A DNA stretch of 64,000 nucleotides from an uncultured delta proteobacterium (GTDB lineage Bacteria; Desulfobacterota; Binatia; UBA9968), in assembly GCA_963847445.1 (NCBI GenBank), contig CAWJZV010000048.1:192001-256000 (forward strand), given 5' to 3'. The translations under genes were made by a program, and so were the position numbers. Position 1 is the first letter of the stretch. Every line of letters begins with the position of its first letter. The notes under the pieces are model-generated. The model was not told the DNA's origin and did no database searches. It saw only the letters and a list, made by a program, of their open reading frames with translations. This document shows, in pieces, positions 23,001 through 33,792 of the stretch.

Positions 23001-25863
23001 GCGCGGCAAATTCAATCGGGTCGCCCACCGGTGTGCCGGTTCCGTGCGCTTCGACGTAGCTGACATCCCACGGCCGCACCTCGGCGTGAGCTTGGGCGCG
23101 CGCGATAACCGCGGCCTGGCCGGTGACGCTGGGCGCGGCAAAGCTGGCTTTGTTCGAACCGTCGTTGTTGACCGCCCAGCCGCGAATCACCGCATCGATG
23201 CGGTCGCCATCGCGCTCGGCATCGCCAAGCCTTTTCAACACGACGGCGCCGACACCATCGCTGAATACGGTTCCCGTCGCTCTGGCATCGAAGGCGCGGC
23301 AATGGCCGTCTTGGGAATGGATCCCGCCCGCTTGGCGCGCAGAGTTGCCCGTTTGCGGAAACCTCACGGCGACACCGCCGGCGATGGCGATGTCGCACTG
23401 CCTGCTGCTCAGTGCCTGGCAGGCCTGGGCGACTGCGACTAACGATGTCGAACAGGCAGTCTGAACGTTGATACTCGGCCCGGTGAAACCCATCACGAAG
23501 GAGGTGCGCGTCGCCAGCGAATCGGTATCGTTGCTGATCGCCAACTGATGGGCTTCATCGCCGGTTCGCTGCAGCAGCGCATCGACGGCATCACGGCTGC
23601 CGCCGAGCAGATGCCAGAGATAGGTGCTTGCATTGCCGCCGGCAAACACGCCGATGTTGGCGTTAGCGCCGGCATATCCGGCCTCGCTGACCGGCAGTCC
23701 GGCGTCTTCGAGCGCACGATGAACGCACTCCAGCCACAAACGTTGCTGCGGATCGAGCATCTGCGCTTGCCGCGGCGTCAGGCGAAAAAGCGCGGCATCG
23801 AACTGATCGACATTGGCCAGCAATCCCCGGGCGGCCACCGCGTCTGGAACCCCTGCGGGGCTTGGCTCAGAAGACTCGCAGGCAAACACGGTCAGGCTCT
23901 CGACTCCCGCGCGCAGATTCTGCCAAAACTGTTCGATTGAATCGGCGCCGGGAAATCGCCCGGCCATGCCAATAATTGCGATGCTATGTGCGGGAGGCGC
24001 ATGATTCTCCTCGTTTGCGCCGGCAACGGTTTCTGGCGCAACCGGCCGATCGTCTTCTAACCAGTGCACCAGCGCGCGGATCGTCCTATGCTCGTAGACG
24101 CTGGTCACCGGCATCGCTAAGCCATGCCGCTCCTTGAACAGGGTCAAGAAGCGCGCGGCACGGATGGAATCGCCGCCTAAATCGAAGAACGAGTCGGTGA
24201 CGCCCACCTCATCGAGCTCCAAGACCGCCGACCAGATGCGCGCCATCTGTTGCTCGGTCTCGTTGCCCGGCGCAACGTAGTCGTTGGCGAGCCGAGGACG
24301 GTTTCGTCCCGGCGGCGGTAAGCTCGAGTAATCGACCTTGAGATCCTTGGTGAGCGGCAGCTCATCGACAAAGACAAAGGCGCTGGGCAGATGTGGCGTT
24401 GCGATACGGTCTGACAACGCTGCGCGAACCGCCCCGGCGCTCACGGCCGGGTCGGCCACGAGGTAAGCGCACAGCCTGCGCTCGCCAAGCTGATCCGAGA
24501 AATCACGGACAGCGGCCTGCTGAACTCCCGACACGCTGAGCAAGATTTTTTCAACATCTGCCGGAGCAACAAACTCGCCGCCGATGCGGAGGCGATGATC
24601 CATGCGTCCCAAATGAAATAGACAATCCCCTTCGCTCATGCGGCCGAGATCGCCGGTGCGATAGCGGCGCAAGCCATTGTCCAATTCAACGAAGCGTTGC
24701 GCAGTCAATGCGCCGTTGCGCCAGTAACCATTCGCCAAATAGCGGCTCTCGACGACAATCTCACCGGCGGCACCGAGCGGCAGCTCATGTCCCCGATCAT
24801 CGACCACCCGCACCGTCATATCCGTAACCGGGTAACCGACAGGCACCGATGCGCTTTCTTCGAGAGTCGTCTTTTTATCGACGAAGAACTGGCGCACCAG
24901 GCCACATTCGGTGGCGCCGAGACCGTTGACCAACGTGCAACTATCTTGGAAGTTCGCCTGAAAATGTTCGATGTCCAGCGGCGCCGCGCGATCACCCTCG
25001 AGTCGAATCAGCCGCACGGCGGGAAACCGGTTTAGCGGATCCGACAGTTGGCGAAAGATCGATGGCACGGCGTGAAACACGGTGACCCGTGCTCGCTGCA
25101 GCCATTGCGAGATTGCCGGCAAACCCTCACCTTGCAGATCGAATGGCGCAACCGCGGCGCCATTGAGCAGCGCGCCAAACAGACTGGAAACCGTGCCGCT
25201 GAAGCTCGGGTTCTGCACCAGACTCAAGATGTCGCCAGGCGCGAACTTGAGGCTATTGGTGTAGCGCAAAACATTATGCAGGACGTTACGATGACAATCC
25301 GCGACGCCCTTGGGCGCGCCGGTGGAGCCTGAGGTATAAAAAACATAGGCGAGCGTATCGGCAGAAACCAGTCGATCGACATTGTTGCCAGAGAAACCGT
25401 CGCGCGCCGCATGCGCTTGGATGACAGGGAAATCACTTCCAGCCAGGCCTCGAGCTAGGTCGAGATACTTACCATCGGCAACTAACATTCCTGGGGCCAA
25501 GTCTTTGATTATGCCGTTCAGCACCGCGTCGGGCAGACGCTGGTCCAACGGCGCGTAGCAAAGGCCCGCTTTGAGAATCGCCAGCGTCCAGACAACGGCC
25601 TGGTAGCCCTGATCCATCATCAAGGCTACTGGGCCGGAAACATTTTCCGCGGTCGCGAGCAGCAGGCGTGCGGCGCGATTGGCGGCAGCGTTCAATGCCG
25701 CATAGCTGACATCACCGGATGGCAGGCGCACCGCACAGCCATCGCCATATTGCTGAACTTGGCGCTCGAAGCGCTGGTGAATCGACTGGTCAATATCCGC
25801 CGCCGCAAACTCGACAAAGGTTTGGGGCGAGCGCAGTCCGCGTCGTGCTGTAAAATCGCTCAT
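20038..25863 (-). CDS. Hybrid NRPS-PKS: A-T-KS-AT-DH-ACP (frameshifts in the KS-AT linker, about 22380-22770)
   Basis: A: TSGSTGAPKG, YRTGDLG. T: FFDLGGDSI. KS: TACSTS, EAHGTGT, NIGHLDAAAG. AT: FAGQG, GHSLG, SHGFHS. DH: HPLLG, LNDHRLFG. ACP: MGLDSL. Confidence 0.9.
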
Positions 25864-25868
25864 GTCTA

Positions 25869-26936
25869 TTAGAGATGATCCAATTGTCGCCGCAGCAATG
25901 GCATCGCTTCATTCCAGTCAGGGCCAAGTTTGGCAAACGCCACCTGGCCAAACTTCAATCGCTCTGCCTCAGCGAGCAACGGCGCCAATTGGTCGCGGCA
26001 TTCTTCCGGACCGCCCGCCACATAGCAACGCTGCACCGCTTCATCGGGAATGAGCGCCGCGACCGCTTGAAGCGTCGCGCCGGCGGCGCGCGCTTGTTTC
26101 AACGAACTGACGAGCTTCGGCTCCACTCCCAAGACGCGCATCTCGTCATCCGAGTATCCCGCGCCTTCGAGCCCGAGCAGGATATTGGCAGCAAAAGGTT
26201 TGGCGAATTCTATCGCGCGGGCACGATCCCGAGCGATCGCGATATCGAGTTCGCATATCTCAAACAAATTCTTTCCAGGCTGATGCTCAGCCGCCGCACT
26301 ACGCTGAAGCGCCAATAAGTGATCGAGCCGGCCGCTGCGAACCAAGGGAATGTAATGGTCGCCGATCAGCGCCCCGTCCATGATCTCACCGGCAATTTTG
26401 AGTATCTTGGGAGCGTTGCCGCCGCAATAAAGTCGAATCGGCGCAGCCGGCGCAAACGCCAATCGAAACTCTTGTTCGGGATGAATATGGTGATAGGCGG
26501 CGCATACCGGGAAGTCGCGAAAGTAGACTGTTTCGCCACCCAGCAAAGCCTTGAGCGCCAACGTCGTCTCGCGCACCATCGCCAGCGGCTTGAGCATCTC
26601 GATCTGTCGGCCGGCGATCGCCGCTTCGCCGCGGGCGATGCCGACACTCAGTTCGCGCCCGTCGGTCAACTCCGAGAGCGCCGCCAGGCTGTCGGCGACA
26701 TCGACAGGATTGCGAAAATAAGGCACGAGAATCGACGTGCCTAATTTGATCGGCACCCGCGCCGCTATGGCTGTCAGCACAACCAAGACATTGCGTTGGC
26801 CTAGATTATCGTTAACCCAAACCTGCTTGAACCCTTCGCCATGCGCTCGCTGCGCCAGCCGAACCAGATCAGGCAACCTGTGCTGGCTGGCGCTTTGCAG
26901 GGCAAACTTTAAAGCAAATTCACCGCGAAATTTCAT
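25869..26936 (-). CDS. LLM-class flavin/F420-dependent oxidoreductase, Mer-like
   Basis: GFKQVWVND, IKLGTSILVPYFRNP, LSELTDGR and PKILKIAGEIMDG; ends 5 bp upstream of the NRPS-PKS start. Confidence 0.85.
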   Translation of the reverse strand: MKFRGEFALKFALQSASQHRLPDLVRLAQRAHGEGFKQVWVNDNLGQRNVLVVLTAIAARVPIKLGTSILVPYFRNPVDVADSLAALSELTDGRELSVGIARGEAAIAGRQIEMLKPLAMVRETTLALKALLGGETVYFRDFPVCAAYHHIHPEQEFRLAFAPAAPIRLYCGGNAPKILKIAGEIMDGALIGDHYIPLVRSGRLDHLLALQRSAAAEHQPGKNLFEICELDIAIARDRARAIEFAKPFAANILLGLEGAGYSDDEMRVLGVEPKLVSSLKQARAAGATLQAVAALIPDEAVQRCYVAGGPEECRDQLAPLLAEAERLKFGQVAFAKLGPDWNEAMPLLRRQLDHL

Positions 26937-27039
26937 GATCGACAATGTTGGCAAGAAGCCGTTTCCAGGCGCCGCTATCGACGCGCAAGTCCGGTTTCCG
27001 ACGTTGGACGTTGAACGAACTTCGCCACAGCTCATGCCC

Positions 27040-28172
27040 CTAGACCGCGCCCCAAACGTCGGTTGCGACCTGAACGATGAGTCTCAACTTGGCGATCTGA
27101 TCGTCCACCGTCAGCTTATTGCCCAGCACCGTGCTGGAGAAGCCGCACTGCGGGCTGATGCCGAGCTGGTCGAGGGGAACGAGTTTAGCGGCCTCGTCGA
27201 TGCGCCGTTTGAGATCGTCGGCGTTTTCCAACTGGCCGGTCTTGGTCGTGACCAAGCCGAGCATGAGACGCTTGCCCTTGGGCAGGTAGCGCAGCGGCGC
27301 GAAGTTGCCGGCCCGCGGCGAGTCGAATTCGAGGAAGTAACCGTCGACCTTCAATTCGTTGAATAACACTTCCGCCACCGGATCGTAGCCGCCTTCGGCC
27401 ACCCACGCGCTGGCGAAGTTGCCGCGGCACAGATGGGTGCACACCACCATGTTGGCAGGCCGGTCTTTGATGCACTCGTTGATCAGGTTGGCGTAGAGCG
27501 AAGGCAAGCGGTCGGGGTCTTCGCCAATTTTCTTGGCGCCTTCGCGCATCTTGGGATCGCAGAGATAAGCCAGGTTGGTATCGTCGATCTGCAAGTAGGT
27601 GCAGCCGGCCGCCGCCAGCGCGTGAATCTCTTCGCGATAGACGCGCGCCAGGTCGGTGAAAAAATCTCGCCATCTCAGGATACGCCGCGTCGCTCACGCC
27701 GCCGCGCCCACCGCGGAAATGCAGCACCGACGGCGACGGAATCGACAGCTTTGCGGTGACCTTGGTCACCGACTGAGTAAATTTGAAGTTCTCGACCTCA
27801 TGCTCGCGCACGCGGCTCAGTTTGCCGGTGACTTCAAATCGCGTCGGCGAGCGCTGCAAGTTGGCATCGCCGCCTTGAAACGATTTGTCGGCCTCCTCGG
27901 CGAGCCCTTCCTTGACCAAGACACCGTCGAATTTTCTGACGAAGTCGACATTCCACAGCTTGCGCCGATACTCGCCATCGGTGACCGCCTGCAGGCCGAG
28001 ATCTTCCTGCATCTTCACGACATCGCGAATGCAGCGGTCCTCGACCGCGCGCAGTTCGGCATCGGTGATCTCGCCGCGTTCGCGTTTCTCTCGGGCCTGC
28101 CAACAGCGCCGGCGGTCGTAGCAAACTGCCGACATGATCGGCGCGAAACGGCGGCTGTTTTTGCTCAGCCAT
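27040..28172 (-). CDS. Cobalamin-independent methionine synthase II family (single-barrel, YxjH-like); frameshifted
   Basis: PPFRADHVGSLLRP, TDGEYRR, LQIDD, THLCRGN, FLEFD and SPQCGF (Zn ligands). Confidence 0.9.
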
Positions 28173-28264
28173 AGGACTCTCCTATTTCTGCTATTCGCGC
28201 GAGGCTTTGAATTTGCAACACATTACGCTAATCTGGCAAACATCAGCACCCAGGAGCTCTCAAA

Positions 28265-29087
28265 ATGCGCACCGAACTTATCAGCATTGCCACCCCAACG
28301 CACCCGCTCGACGGCGCCTACTACACACCCGACGGGCCGAGCAAAGGCGCGGCGATGTATTGCCACGGCAATCAGATGAATTTCTACGTCTGCGCCGCGC
28401 GCTTTCTCGCGCCGCATATCACTGGACTAGGTTACGAGTATCTTGGCCTTCAACCGCCGCGGCCACGACTCGGTCAGCACCTTCGACAGCCGCGAATGCG
28501 TCGGCGGCGCCTATCAAACCGTCGCCGAAGGCGTCGAAGACAACGCGCTGGTAGCGAAATATTTGGCCGACAAAGGATTCGCCAATCCGATCGTCATCGG
28601 CCACAGCAACGGCGGCGTCCTCGCCGCCGAACATGTCGCGCATCATCCGGAGACCAAAGCGTTAATCTTGTTGTCCGCCCACACCGGCGGCAACCGCATG
28701 GTCCACCAGCGCGCCGCGCGCAATTATTCCCTCGCCGGCGATGTCGAGAAGCAAAGAAAAGAAGCCGAGGCCTTGGTCGCCGCCGGCAAACCCAGACAGC
28801 TCATGCTCATCCCCGCCTGGTGGTGGGTGATCTCCGCGCGCACTTTCCTCGACCGCCTGACCAACGCCCCCGACCTGCTGGAGAACGCCAAGAAAATCAC
28901 CTGCCCGGTGCTCTTCATCCGCGGCGACCAAGAGCCCAAAGAAAACTACCCCGCCGAAGAGTTCGCGAAAAATTGCCCCGGCCCCTGCGAAGTCGCGATC
29001 ATCCCCAACTGCGACCACTTCTATGTCGGCGCGGAGGATAAGGTTTCGAAGATCGTGACGGAGTGGTTGAAGAAAACGGTTGGTTAG
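28265..29087 (+). CDS. Alpha/beta hydrolase; one frameshift near 28440
   Basis: YCHG, FNRRGHD, IGHSNGG, PVLFIRGD and CDHFY. Confidence 0.85.
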
Positions 29088-29342
29088 GCGCTCTGCCGTG
29101 AAGGCGTTCGCCGTGGCTGATGCTTCCTGATGAGTCCCCCCAATGCCCGCAGAGCTTCATTCGCCTGTCGAGCCCCGGGAAACATGGCGGCAACGTCAGG
29201 GTCGAGGGTGATCACAATGGCACCCTTGGCGTAACGTGATGCGTACTTATTCGGTCGAGCTTGACTAAAGTCGTACTCTGGAAGAATTTCATCAACTCCA
29301 ACCCGGCGGCCTGACACTCTTTTTAATTTCGTTTTTCCTCAT
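29084..29342 (-). CDS. BrnA-like antitoxin (frameshift in an A-run near the 5' end)
   Basis: DEILPEYDFS...NKYA...ITLDPDVAAMF...NEALR; overlaps the end of a BrnT fragment. Confidence 0.6.
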
Positions 29343-29437
29343 ATTCTCTCCGCTCACGGCGCGTGGCTTTTCGCGCGCTGATTAGTCGAATCGCCTGCCC
29401 ACGCTCAGTGAACATCACAGCGAGTAGCCACCGCTGA
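29323..29437 (-). pseudogene. BrnT toxin, C-terminal remnant
   Basis: Manual translation gives WLLAVMFTERGQAIRLISARKATRRERREYEEKRN*; the N-terminus is replaced by a HigA fragment. Confidence 0.7.
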
Positions 29438-29585
29438 CTGGCTTACCCCCAACGGCTTGAGAAACTCCTGCAACAACATTTCCCCTGGATGTGTCGGTGG
29501 CCTGTTAGTAGGCAATCGACGCGCCACCTTACGCTGTGATGGTTTATTACGGCGATAAATCTTTGTGGTAGTCAACGATTTCAAG
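29432..29585 (-). pseudogene. HigB C-terminal stub followed by a HigA N-terminal stub
   Basis: Manual translation gives EIVDYH...* (29585-29547), then MARRLPTNRPPTHPGEMLLQEF/LKPLGVSQ (29527-29432). Confidence 0.7.
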
Positions 29586-29593
29586 AGGGCAAA

Positions 29594-29647
29594 GCTAACC
29601 GGCGCGCGGCGCTTTCCCGCGCGTCCGTGTTGAGCGTGTTGTTGGCC
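29594..29647 (-). mobile_element. Truncated attC-like integron recombination site
   Basis: Minus strand GGCCAAC-AACACGCTCAAC-ACGGACGCGCGGGAAAGCGCCGCGCGCC-GGTTAGC gives an R''/L''/L' layout with the final R' box missing; the DUF2442 stop lies inside it. Confidence 0.55.
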
Positions 29648-29945
29648 GCGACGAACGCTTCGCGAGCCATTTGCTGAATGACGCTTGGCTTTCCCCTGAC
29701 GCCTTTCCCGCTAACAGACCTTGGACACTGATATCCTCGTCGATATCCTCCCAATGAATACCGACGCCTCTGCCAATTAGGCGCCAATGCTTCCGCTCGG
29801 CCGATGACGCATGCGTCAAGCGCGGATACCATGCGAGAGGAACGGATATACTCCGACCATCGCTTAGGTCCACAGTTAGCGTGTCGTCCGATACGGCAAC
29901 GTTTTCAACAAAGGGAATTTCAATTTCGACCGCCGAAGTACTCAT
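29595..29945 (-). CDS. DUF2442 family protein (putative antitoxin)
   Basis: LTVDLSDGRSISVPLAWYPRL and GIHWEDIDEDISV. Confidence 0.9.
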   Translation of the reverse strand: MSTSAVEIEIPFVENVAVSDDTLTVDLSDGRSISVPLAWYPRLTHASSAERKHWRLIGRGVGIHWEDIDEDISVQGLLAGKASGESQASFSKWLAKRSSRPTTRSTRTRGKAPRAG

Positions 29946-30055
29946 CCCAAGCCTCCATTAGAACTTCTCGGTGATCGCTCACCAATCTTTCAATTCGCGC
30001 AATTTCTACGCGTGACAAACCGCCGCTGCTTTGGAGCCGAATCGAATCGAGCCAA
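29920..30055 (-). pseudogene. DUF4160 family protein, C-terminal remnant
   Basis: Manual translation gives WLDSIRLQSSGGLSRVEIARIERLVSDHREVLMEAWDEYFG; usual partner of DUF2442; the N-terminal HVHV region is absent. Confidence 0.65.
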
Positions 30056-30095
30056 TGTCTCCAGGGATTCGTACACCACGGACATCTCACCTGGC

Positions 30096-30903
30096 TTATG
30101 ATGAGATCCCGCCATCGCGCCTCATTGCTGTGCGTCGAAGTATCTCCGCCTCAACCTCACTCGCGATACGTCGCTCGATTGCGCCGGGATGCGGGCGCGG
30201 CCGGTCGATCGTTGCTTGATGCTTCGACCGCCGTCGCAACAACCAGGTAAGACATGCCGTTACGACGAGAACGACGCCTAGCAGAATTAGGATGCTAGGC
30301 GCGAAATCGAAAGCCCCCGGGGGCGGCGGCGGAGGGAGTGGTGTCGGCCCGGGTAGTTCTGGTTTTGGGGTTGATTGGGGCGCCTGCGGGGCGTTCAAGA
30401 TGAACAGACTCAAGGCCACAGCGCTTGCGAAACCCGCCGTGAGTCCAGCAAGGGATAACCAACGAGCGGCCTTTGGAGGGGATGTTGACGCCTTCGATGG
30501 CGCGCTTGCCTTACCGTCGTTATCCGACGAACGATCGAGCTGTGGTTCGCGCCCACCGTTCCTCGAAAGTCGATCCACTGAAACTCACCCAACGCTGGGG
30601 GTAGAGGAGTGGCATCCAGCAGAAGCGGCAAGAGATCCTTTTCTTGCTCGATGGCCGCTTTCCACTCCTTCGACACTTCGTCTGATCGCTGCGCATGATC
30701 GCACCAGAATACGACGACCAAATGGGATTCAGCTAGGGCCTCTGGCAATTTCGCTCCGCCATCTCTTACCCGGCTGAATGTCATCAATGTCCTGGAAGAC
30801 GAGGAGATTTGTTAACGCGGAGGAGCTTAACTACCGGAGCAACCAGCGACGCGTCAGCATGGCTATAGGACACAAAGACGTTTGTGCTCTGGCTAGGCAT
30901 CAT
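30096..30903 (-). CDS. TIR-domain protein with two C-terminal TM helices and a Pro-rich linker (frameshifted, possibly a pseudogene)
   Basis: Joined frames: VFVSYSHAD, VFQDIDDIQPGKRW, VVVFWC..SDEVSKEW, LLPLLLD and QWIDF, then two hydrophobic segments around PTPLPPPPPPG. Confidence 0.75.
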
Positions 30904-30961
30904 CAAGTAGGACTGCCGATACACCCACTAACAACCCGAGACGGCTTGAACGTCTGGATGG

Positions 30962-31695
30962 CTAGTCGTTTATTCCTTCATCGCCGGCCACTCGCGCAGC
31001 AACCTGCCGTACCCGCTCATCGGATATTTGATAACCAAGCTTCGACAGCACATACCAAAACATCGCCGGGTTGCTGGCGATCACGGTGGCATTGAGCTCC
31101 GACTCGATCCGTTCGAGACATTTGACCGGATCGAGCACCGCGCCTTGGAAATAGATCGCGTCGACTTTGCCGACGGCGGCCAAGTTCTTCTTGGTGAGAT
31201 CGAAGACTTCGTCCGGCGTCATCCGTTTGGGCACGGCGAGTTCATCGAAGGAATTGGGCGACATCGCGGTCACGCCGGCTTTGGCGAGATGGGCGACGAT
31301 CAGGTCATTCAACTTTGCATCGAAGGGCGTGAGCAGAAGAACTTTGGGCGCCGAGTAAACTCGCAGCGCCGCGACACAAGCATTGAGCGCCGTGGTGAAA
31401 GGGATCGACACCGCCGCTTTCAAATCGTCGAACAGTCCCGGATTCAACACTTCGGTCGGCGCGGCGGTGAGAATCAGACCGTCCCATTTGCGCTCGGCGA
31501 TGAACTCTTTCACTCGCCGCAGAATGACTTCCTTCTTGTCGGAGATCTCGTACAGCGATTTGCCGTAAAGCTGTAGCCCCTGGAAGTCGATCTCGATCTC
31601 CTTGGGCACGATGGGCAGGAAACTATTGTAATGCGGCATGGAACTCGACCCGCCGCTGACGAAACCGATACGCGCTTTGATACGCCTTCAGCCAT
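30962..31695 (-). CDS. Maleate isomerase / arylmalonate decarboxylase (Asp/Glu racemase-fold)-like protein; frameshifts at both ends
   Basis: IPFTTALNACVAAL, KVLLLTPF, DAIYF and IESELNATVIASNPAMFW. Confidence 0.7.
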
Positions 31696-31746
31696 CTTAT
31701 CCTCCAAGCGATCCTCGATCCTTCCATCCTCAATCTCTCGACCTGC

Positions 31747-32214
31747 CTATTTCTTCTTCGCCTTATACGCGTCGATCGCCTTCTTCAGATCCTCGAACTC
31801 CTCGCACTTGCCGAAGAACGGACAGGCTTTCTTCAACGCCGCCAACTGTTTCTCGGCGTTGTCCGGCTGATTCATGTCGAGATAGAGTTCGCCCAAGTAT
31901 TCATGCGCGTAGCGATGATTCGAGTCGAGCTTGAGCGCGCGTTGATAATGCTCCATGGATTTGTCGAAGACGTTGGTCTTGCGGTAGGCGTAGCCGAGCA
32001 TGCTGTGGGCGTCGGCGTCGTTGGGCAGTTCCTGAACCGCTTTGGTCAAATGTCCCACTGCGCCTTTGTAATCCTTCGCATCGATCGCTTTGCGCGCCGC
32101 CACGACGTTGGGATTTTCCGTTTTCCCTTTCGGCTCGGGCAAATCGGCAAACGCAATCGTCTGCCATGCCAACAATCCGACCGCAACAACCATGCAGCGA
32201 AACCAATACTTCAT
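31747..32214 (-). CDS. Exported tetratricopeptide-repeat protein
   Basis: Signal peptide, NDADAHSMLGYAYRK and AHEYLGELYL. Confidence 0.85.
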   Translation of the reverse strand: MKYWFRCMVVAVGLLAWQTIAFADLPEPKGKTENPNVVAARKAIDAKDYKGAVGHLTKAVQELPNDADAHSMLGYAYRKTNVFDKSMEHYQRALKLDSNHRYAHEYLGELYLDMNQPDNAEKQLAALKKACPFFGKCEEFEDLKKAIDAYKAKKK

Positions 32215-32346
32215 AGAACCTCCGTTAAGTGGTTATCGATATCTTCGGATGTTACCCGTGAGCAAGCTGTCCCGCAATACTCAATCATGCCGATCTCTAT
32301 CACTAGTCTCGTTCGTTAAGAAGAATGCGGCATTTAGTTCGGACTA

Positions 32347-32490
32347 TCCCCTCTTTGGAAAAGAGGGGCCAGGGGAGATTTTCTTGCTTCCGAACGGCTC
32401 CATCGTCGCAGAACATAACCGATCTACTGCGAGAAAACGCCCCACACGAGAAACAAATCCCCCTTGATCCCCCTTTTCCAAACGGGGAAT
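32347..32490. repeat. Pair of REP-like CCCC(T/C)TTT-n-AAAnGGGG palindromes
   Basis: atcccctctttggaaaagaggggccaggggagattt and aaatcccccttgatcccccttttccaaacggggaa, in inverted arrangement. Confidence 0.55.
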
Positions 32491-32601
32491 CGGTCATCGT
32501 TAGCGATTCGCTTCTTCAGCTCCGTGTCTAGCCAATAACCAATGGGTGATTTCACCTAGCGCAACTTGATCTAGCTTTGCCCGGATCTCGCAAGTCGGCG
32601 G

Positions 32602-33569
32602 CTATGCTGCTTTCTCAGCTCCGCTCTGACTTCGCGCAACATCGTTAGATCGACCAAGCGATCCGACGGAATCTCCGCGCGTGATGCCGGACTCCTGGCG
32701 AATCTTGTCGATGATCGATTTCAAAACCGGCTCTTCGATATCGCCGTCGGGGTTGAGCACTTGCGCAGGATCTTGTAGGTATCGACGGCGACTTTCTGGC
32801 TCCAGGCCGAAATCTTTCTGTAAATAGGCGACCACGTCAGTTTCGTTTTTGACGATCGCTTCCATGCTGCGCAAGGTGGCGCGGATCATCGCCTTGACCT
32901 GCTCGCGGCTGATCTTTGAATGACTCACCCGCGCCACCAATGCCACCCTGCAGGTCGCGCACGTCGTAAGTGTTGCCGAGATCGACGTAGCCCGCCAACG
33001 TCGCCATCGAAGTATACGGCGGCGTCAGAATCACCGCGTCGGTCGGCTTTGGCCGAGCAGCGCCGTATAACTATTCGCCGTGGTGTTGGTCGAGACATAA
33101 GCAACCTTTTCGTTGCCGTCAGGCCATCTTCATCACCGTCATGCGCCGCGTAGTGCGCCAAAGAACCGATACCGCTGACCGAGACGTTTTTGATCCGCGC
33201 CGGCGTCATGCCGGGCTGACCGATCAGGCTGAAACTCAAGCGCGTTTGAATGAAATGTAATCCGTGCGCAGCGGCAAGCCCTTCATGGCGGCGCGCAAAG
33301 ACACTCCGCCGGCCGCGGCGTAGTCGACCTCGCCCGCCAGAAGCGCCGTCACGCCGAGGGGCGGGCGCATGACGATGATCTCCAGATCGATGCCTTCCCG
33401 CGCGAACAACCCCTTCGCTTTGCCGAAATAATACGGCAACAACGTCAGCGCCTTGGCCGGCACCGTCAGCCGCACTTTTTCCAGCGGCTTCCCTTGTTGC
33501 GCGCCGACCTTGGGCGGCATCGCAAGCAAGAAAGCCAGCAACAACAATTTCACTGCGCCTTTTGTCCAA
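32602..33569 (-). CDS. ABC transporter substrate-binding protein (SsuA/THI5-like); several frameshifts
   Basis: YFGKAKGLFAREGIDLEI, ALLAGEVDY and VKAMIRATLRS. Confidence 0.75.
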
Positions 33570-33573
33570 CGGC

Positions 33574-33700
33574 AGGGCGCCCCGCCGGTCGCCCCTACTC
33601 TGACGCCGCCAATCATCATAATTGTGTTCCCGTCAATTCGAATGTCGTTACCAGAGCCACGCCACCGCCACCCCCAGGGCGAATCATGATTCGCCCCTAC
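33574..33700. repeat. Two GTAG-type REP-like palindromes (third copy at 44668-44690)
   Basis: agggcg...cgcccctac twice (GTAGGGGCG...CGCCCT on the minus strand); gtaggggcaac-taga-cgttgccc at 44668. Confidence 0.55.
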
Positions 33701-33792
33701 GTCGGATTTCCTCTAGGGATCGTTTTTTGCGCCCTTTGCGCTCTTTGCGGTGATACATTCTGCGAAGTCCGAGTCTTCTCATTTTTTGTAAT

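Noticed and set aside
28265-29087. Alpha/beta hydrolase as the missing thioesterase of the NRPS-PKS
   Set aside because: It is divergently transcribed, separated by the MetE-like gene, and lacks recognisable type II TE motifs beyond GHSxG.
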